Position numbers and translations under genes: made by a program | From: a virus | IMG/VR virus record: IMGVR_UViG_3300046689_000199 | DNA: 64,000 nt | Direction: 5' to 3' (one strand) | Notes under the pieces: generated by a model | Seen by the model: only the letters and a program-made list of their open reading frames with translations | Databases searched by the model: none | Told to the model about the DNA's origin: nothing | Shown here: positions 61,701 through 64,000 of the stretch, piece by piece | How the letters are laid out: each line of letters begins with the position of its first letter | How positions within the stretch are numbered: the first letter of the stretch is position 1

Positions 61701-63959
61701 CCCGGTCCAGTTCCCGTTGGTGTCCCAGTACGCCGATCCCAGCCGTCCTGAGCCATCCCCGTTCAGCTGGATGAGCGGGCCTACGCCGTCGAAGGCGTAG
61801 CTGGTCAGCTGCGCCGGGTTCGCGCCCGGGAAGCTGGAGTAGTTCGCGTCGGGCTTCCCGTCCAGGCCGAACGCCGGCGCGGCTCCGGTGGGGTCAGCAG
61901 TGATCGTGACGCTGGACGGAGTTGATGCAGCACCGATCAGCCCGATCTGCTTCATCCCCGAACCGCCCGTGAGAGCGGTGGCGCTGCGCTGGTAGTACAA
62001 GCCCCACTGGTTCGGAGAGGCGGTCGCCCCCGTGTCCCCGGTCTCGGGCATCGTGATCATCAGCTTGGCCCGTCGCGCCTGGCTGATGCTGGCCAGCGCG
62101 CCAACCGGAGTCTCGTAGTCCGGAGCGGGCCTGGTGGCGATGGCCGAGGCCCCGACGTAGATGGTCGAGTTGGACTGGGGCCAGTTCCAGTTCGTGTAGA
62201 AGGTGATCTTCCCGGTCGCGTCCACCGAGACGAACTGGGAGCCGTTGTGACAGAACCCGCGAGCAGCAGCCGGCTTGGACCACTGCTCGTAGGCACCATC
62301 GGTGTTCTTCTGCACCCACGAGGTGTCGAAGATGTAGTTCTGCAGGTAGGTGTCGGCGTCGATGACGTACCGGTTCGCCCCACCGACCTGGGTGCCGTAG
62401 ACCAGCCCGTGCAGCCGCTGGGACAGGCCTCCACCAGCAGCGCTCTGCGTAGTGCTGTCCGAGACTGCTGTGCCCCACAGTCCGCCCGACCCGACCACAC
62501 CGTGGAACCGACGTACGTGCAGCGTGCCGTTCGCGCCGCCGTTGGACTGGAACATGATGTAGCGGCTGGCAGCAGCGTCGTACGCGAGCCCGGGCGGACG
62601 AGTGGCCGAGTCCAGGATCCAGCTGGCCGGGATGAAGTTGATGATGCTGGTGCCGGTCGAGGTGTAGCCGAACAGGAAGTAGCCGGTGCCCTGCTGGAAC
62701 AGGGTCACCAGGTCCCCGCCCACCGGGTCGTAGCAGACGAAGCAGTTGGTCCGCCCGTTCCAGTCGTCGAGCCAGGGTCGACCGGTGCCCGGGTTGGCCT
62801 TGACCGTGCCATTGGCGTTGAACCGCCAGATCCGGAACCCGGCGGACTTCTGCTGGATCACCGCCCAGTAGCCGCCGTAGGCAGTGATCCAGGCGATCGA
62901 GGTGATCTGGGAGGGATCGAGCGCGAAGGTGCCCAGGTTGTAGTCGGTCGCTGGGCTGTGCGGCGGGTAGGCGTTGGTCCGGTCCAGCTGCACCGTGTCG
63001 TAGACCGCAGCCAGGGTCGGCTGCGCGGTCGGAGCCGTGACCCCAGCGGCCAGCGTCAGCTCGGCCTCGGTGGCGATCTGGTTGTTGGTGCCGTGCATGG
63101 TGAAGTTGTTCTGCACGTCCGCCGACAGCATGTCGAAGTGCGCCTGCTTGACGAAAGCGTCCTGAGACGGGTCCAGTGGGAAGCCGGTGATCTGGGTGTT
63201 GGTCTGGTCGTAGACGAACAGCCCCAGCGGGCTGAGCTCTACCCGTGCGCCCGAGATCGTGCCATCCGGGTTCAGCGCGCCGGTACTGATCGTGGACCCC
63301 AAGAAGACCTGGCCACTGAACAGGTCTCCGGTCAGCGTGCCACCCACGATGTGCTCCGCCAGCACCGAGCCCACCATGATGTCCTCGCCGGTGATCGGCT
63401 GCATCGTGCCGGTCACCTGTGCGCCCGCGCCCGCGGAGCAAGGCCCGTCAGAGTCTCGGGACAGAATCTTGAAGTAGTACGGCTGGCCGTAGTTGAACGC
63501 GGTGGGCAGTCCAGTGGCCTGGTCGACCGGGATCAGGTTGCGCACCGTGACCGAGAACCCTGTGGTAGTGGTGTAGCGCGTGGTGCTGGTGGGTCCAGGA
63601 GTGGTGTCTGGGGTGAACCCAGAGGTGTCGCTGACGTGCACCTCGTAGGCCACCGGGTCGTGGTTGGTGATCGCCGGCCAGCGCAGGAAGAACGCACCGA
63701 TCCCAGCGATCACCTCGGGTGTGGGCGAGCTGGTGGGCGGCAGGTTGTCGGTGGCGACAGCGGCGTACGAAGAGACCTTGGTGACCACCGAGTAGCTGTA
63801 GTGCGCGTCGGAGTAGGTGGACTTGTCGGTGCGGTACAGCTCGGTGCCCACCGTGTAGGCCGGTTCGAGAGTGGCCCAGGGCGCAGGCGGAGTCGCCTGA
63901 TTGGTGGGCTGGGTGGGAGCTGCTGCTCCGTAGGTGACCGTGGCGAAGTAAGGGGTCAT
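58776..63959 (-). CDS. Tail fibre protein (1727 aa) with collagen-like Gly-X-Y repeats and a C-terminal phage tail-collar domain
   Basis: GPPGPKGDKGDTGATGSQGATGATG... repeats; the collar-domain signature is WILCDGGSTASYPALAAVVGANVPDMRDKFAQG; His-rich C-terminus. Confidence 0.75.
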   Translation of the reverse strand: MTPYFATVTYGAAAPTQPTNQATPPAPWATLEPAYTVGTELYRTDKSTYSDAHYSYSVVTKVSSYAAVATDNLPPTSSPTPEVIAGIGAFFLRWPAITNHDPVAYEVHVSDTSGFTPDTTPGPTSTTRYTTTTGFSVTVRNLIPVDQATGLPTAFNYGQPYYFKILSRDSDGPCSAGAGAQVTGTMQPITGEDIMVGSVLAEHIVGGTLTGDLFSGQVFLGSTISTGALNPDGTISGARVELSPLGLFVYDQTNTQITGFPLDPSQDAFVKQAHFDMLSADVQNNFTMHGTNNQIATEAELTLAAGVTAPTAQPTLAAVYDTVQLDRTNAYPPHSPATDYNLGTFALDPSQITSIAWITAYGGYWAVIQQKSAGFRIWRFNANGTVKANPGTGRPWLDDWNGRTNCFVCYDPVGGDLVTLFQQGTGYFLFGYTSTGTSIINFIPASWILDSATRPPGLAYDAAASRYIMFQSNGGANGTLHVRRFHGVVGSGGLWGTAVSDSTTQSAAGGGLSQRLHGLVYGTQVGGANRYVIDADTYLQNYIFDTSWVQKNTDGAYEQWSKPAAARGFCHNGSQFVSVDATGKITFYTNWNWPQSNSTIYVGASAIATRPAPDYETPVGALASISQARRAKLMITMPETGDTGATASPNQWGLYYQRSATALTGGSGMKQIGLIGAASTPSSVTITADPTGAAPAFGLDGKPDANYSSFPGANPAQLTSYAFDGVGPLIQLNGDGSGRLGSAYWDTNGNWTGIGSGGATTLDTYTLAATAGLTLTNTDTDIPGMSTAVSVGGPSDRFLVVAAFDARTAGAGDNSVMSGKLVVDGTAQVAVATFNSGSTANLRATVHQSWVISGMAAGNHTFKAQASQVNSGTITLSTVHTRMVIVKLVGPPGPKGDKGDTGATGSQGATGATGPTGATGGQGPIGNTGPQGATGAQGPQGATGAQGIQGPTGNTGAQGTAGEKWFSGAGAPSGATGAVNDWDLDTTAGDIYEKTGASTWTLRGNIKGPQGTTGATGSQGIQGPIGNTGATGQAEGWWGGAGAPSGATGAVGDWYLNQTNGDVYEKTGASAWTLRTNITGPAGPTGAQGPPGGSSAGSVNVVDETTLVVSNATQMSFKGTGVTATAGVTGEAIVTIPTPTALPPNGAAGGDLSGTYPNPTVPALTTKVNTSSVNAANGVASLDASTKVPIAQIPTGQTGTTVPLGNDTRFTDARTPIAHAASHGSGQADAVLLNANQISAGIMGVNRLGNNPQVTTYLRAAGTSGAPDWVSTATAKTDLGAGAASGLATLDATTRVPPAQLPLMGGGNLLVNSNFIETTGLAASNFGSAAITQETTTTWRNGRAMRVTSSNASNAFGIGSYAVVSETVAAGNRFAPNTAYTFTMWVYNPTASGTAQVAIITTGAGITTNPSATTTVKDTWTRLSVSFITAASGTFTLRSGSEANPAVGLYYIVGAWQAELGEVPTSYAPRATELVVGSGLALTGTTLSIGVGGVTSNMINDGEIVAADINASLKSPAVGVEGLRSLGTGSTQAAPGNDSRFVPTGCMMMWPTATPPAGWILCDGGSTASYPALAAVVGANVPDMRDKFAQGVGPLNALSATGGQSGMPGHTHDIGDHYHNATTAPGFPNSSTGGLNANNDSGSVHVHPIDIGNTTGSSTSSLQKTNGTIANTGATGPYNPTNSGGHTHAISGRTASSQMQNTGSTGSGNTSNENRPPFLTVNFIIKT
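60680..61295 (-). repeat. Collagen-like Gly-X-Y triplet repeat region inside the fibre gene, including an internal tandem duplication of a unit of about 96 aa (GAGAPSGATGAV.DW.L...GD.YEKTGAS.WTLR.NI.GP)
   Basis: Direct repeats visible at both DNA and protein level. Confidence 0.7.
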
Positions 63960-64000
63960 CGCGGTGACGCTGACTCCAGGTGAGCCAGTGCCGCCAGTCG
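63956..64000 (-). CDS. 3' end of an upstream gene (partial); its stop overlaps the fibre ATG (ATGA)
   Basis: 15 sense codons open to the window edge. Confidence 0.25.
   Translation of the reverse strand, partial: RLAALAHLESASPR

Noticed and set aside
1-64000. CRISPR arrays, rRNA, integrase or attP
   Set aside because: No direct-repeat/spacer periodicity and no recombinase catalytic motifs (R..H..R..Y or serine-recombinase) seen in any frame. The only repeats are collagen-like coding repeats and paralogous genes.

Overview
High-GC (about 65-68%) double-stranded DNA that reads as about 64 kb of a siphovirus-like tailed phage or prophage of an actinobacterial host. No integrase, repressor, tRNA, rRNA or CRISPR array was recognised.

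Layout:
- 1-3.7 kb, minus strand: replication genes (a 3'-truncated DnaG-type primase with an N-terminal zinc finger, and a DnaB-family helicase), followed by membrane-protein morons including a membrane-anchored collagen-like protein.
- About 3.64-4.0 kb: divergent control region with conserved promoter-like motifs, a perfect 9+9 bp palindrome and promoter-proximal hairpin terminators.
- 4.0-26.4 kb, plus strand: about 55 densely packed, translationally coupled (ATGA/GTGA/TGATG overlaps), mostly small ORFs of unknown function. Many are preceded by a conserved purine-rich element, consensus roughly CACATGAAGGGAAG. This block includes two paralogous cassettes, each an ubiquitin-like Gly-Gly-terminated protein plus a downstream partner. 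It also holds a DUF4262-like protein, an SPFH-like lipoprotein, a classic AAA+ ATPase, and several Zn-ribbon and membrane proteins.
- About 26.5 kb: convergent bidirectional terminator.
- 26.56-64 kb, minus strand: late operon in lambda-like order. Collagen-like tail fibre with collar domain, fibre accessory proteins, two hyper-acidic small proteins, M23 peptidase lysin, holin-like protein, TerL, portal, a 1173-aa virion protein, MuF-like protein, protease-like protein, three tandem Gly/Lys-rich paralogs, scaffold-like protein, decoration protein, lambda-E-like major capsid, connector proteins, major tail, G/GT chaperones with a canonical -1 frameshift site, an 1800-aa tape measure and minor tail proteins.

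All calls rest on ORF structure, motif recognition and gene order only; no database search was possible.
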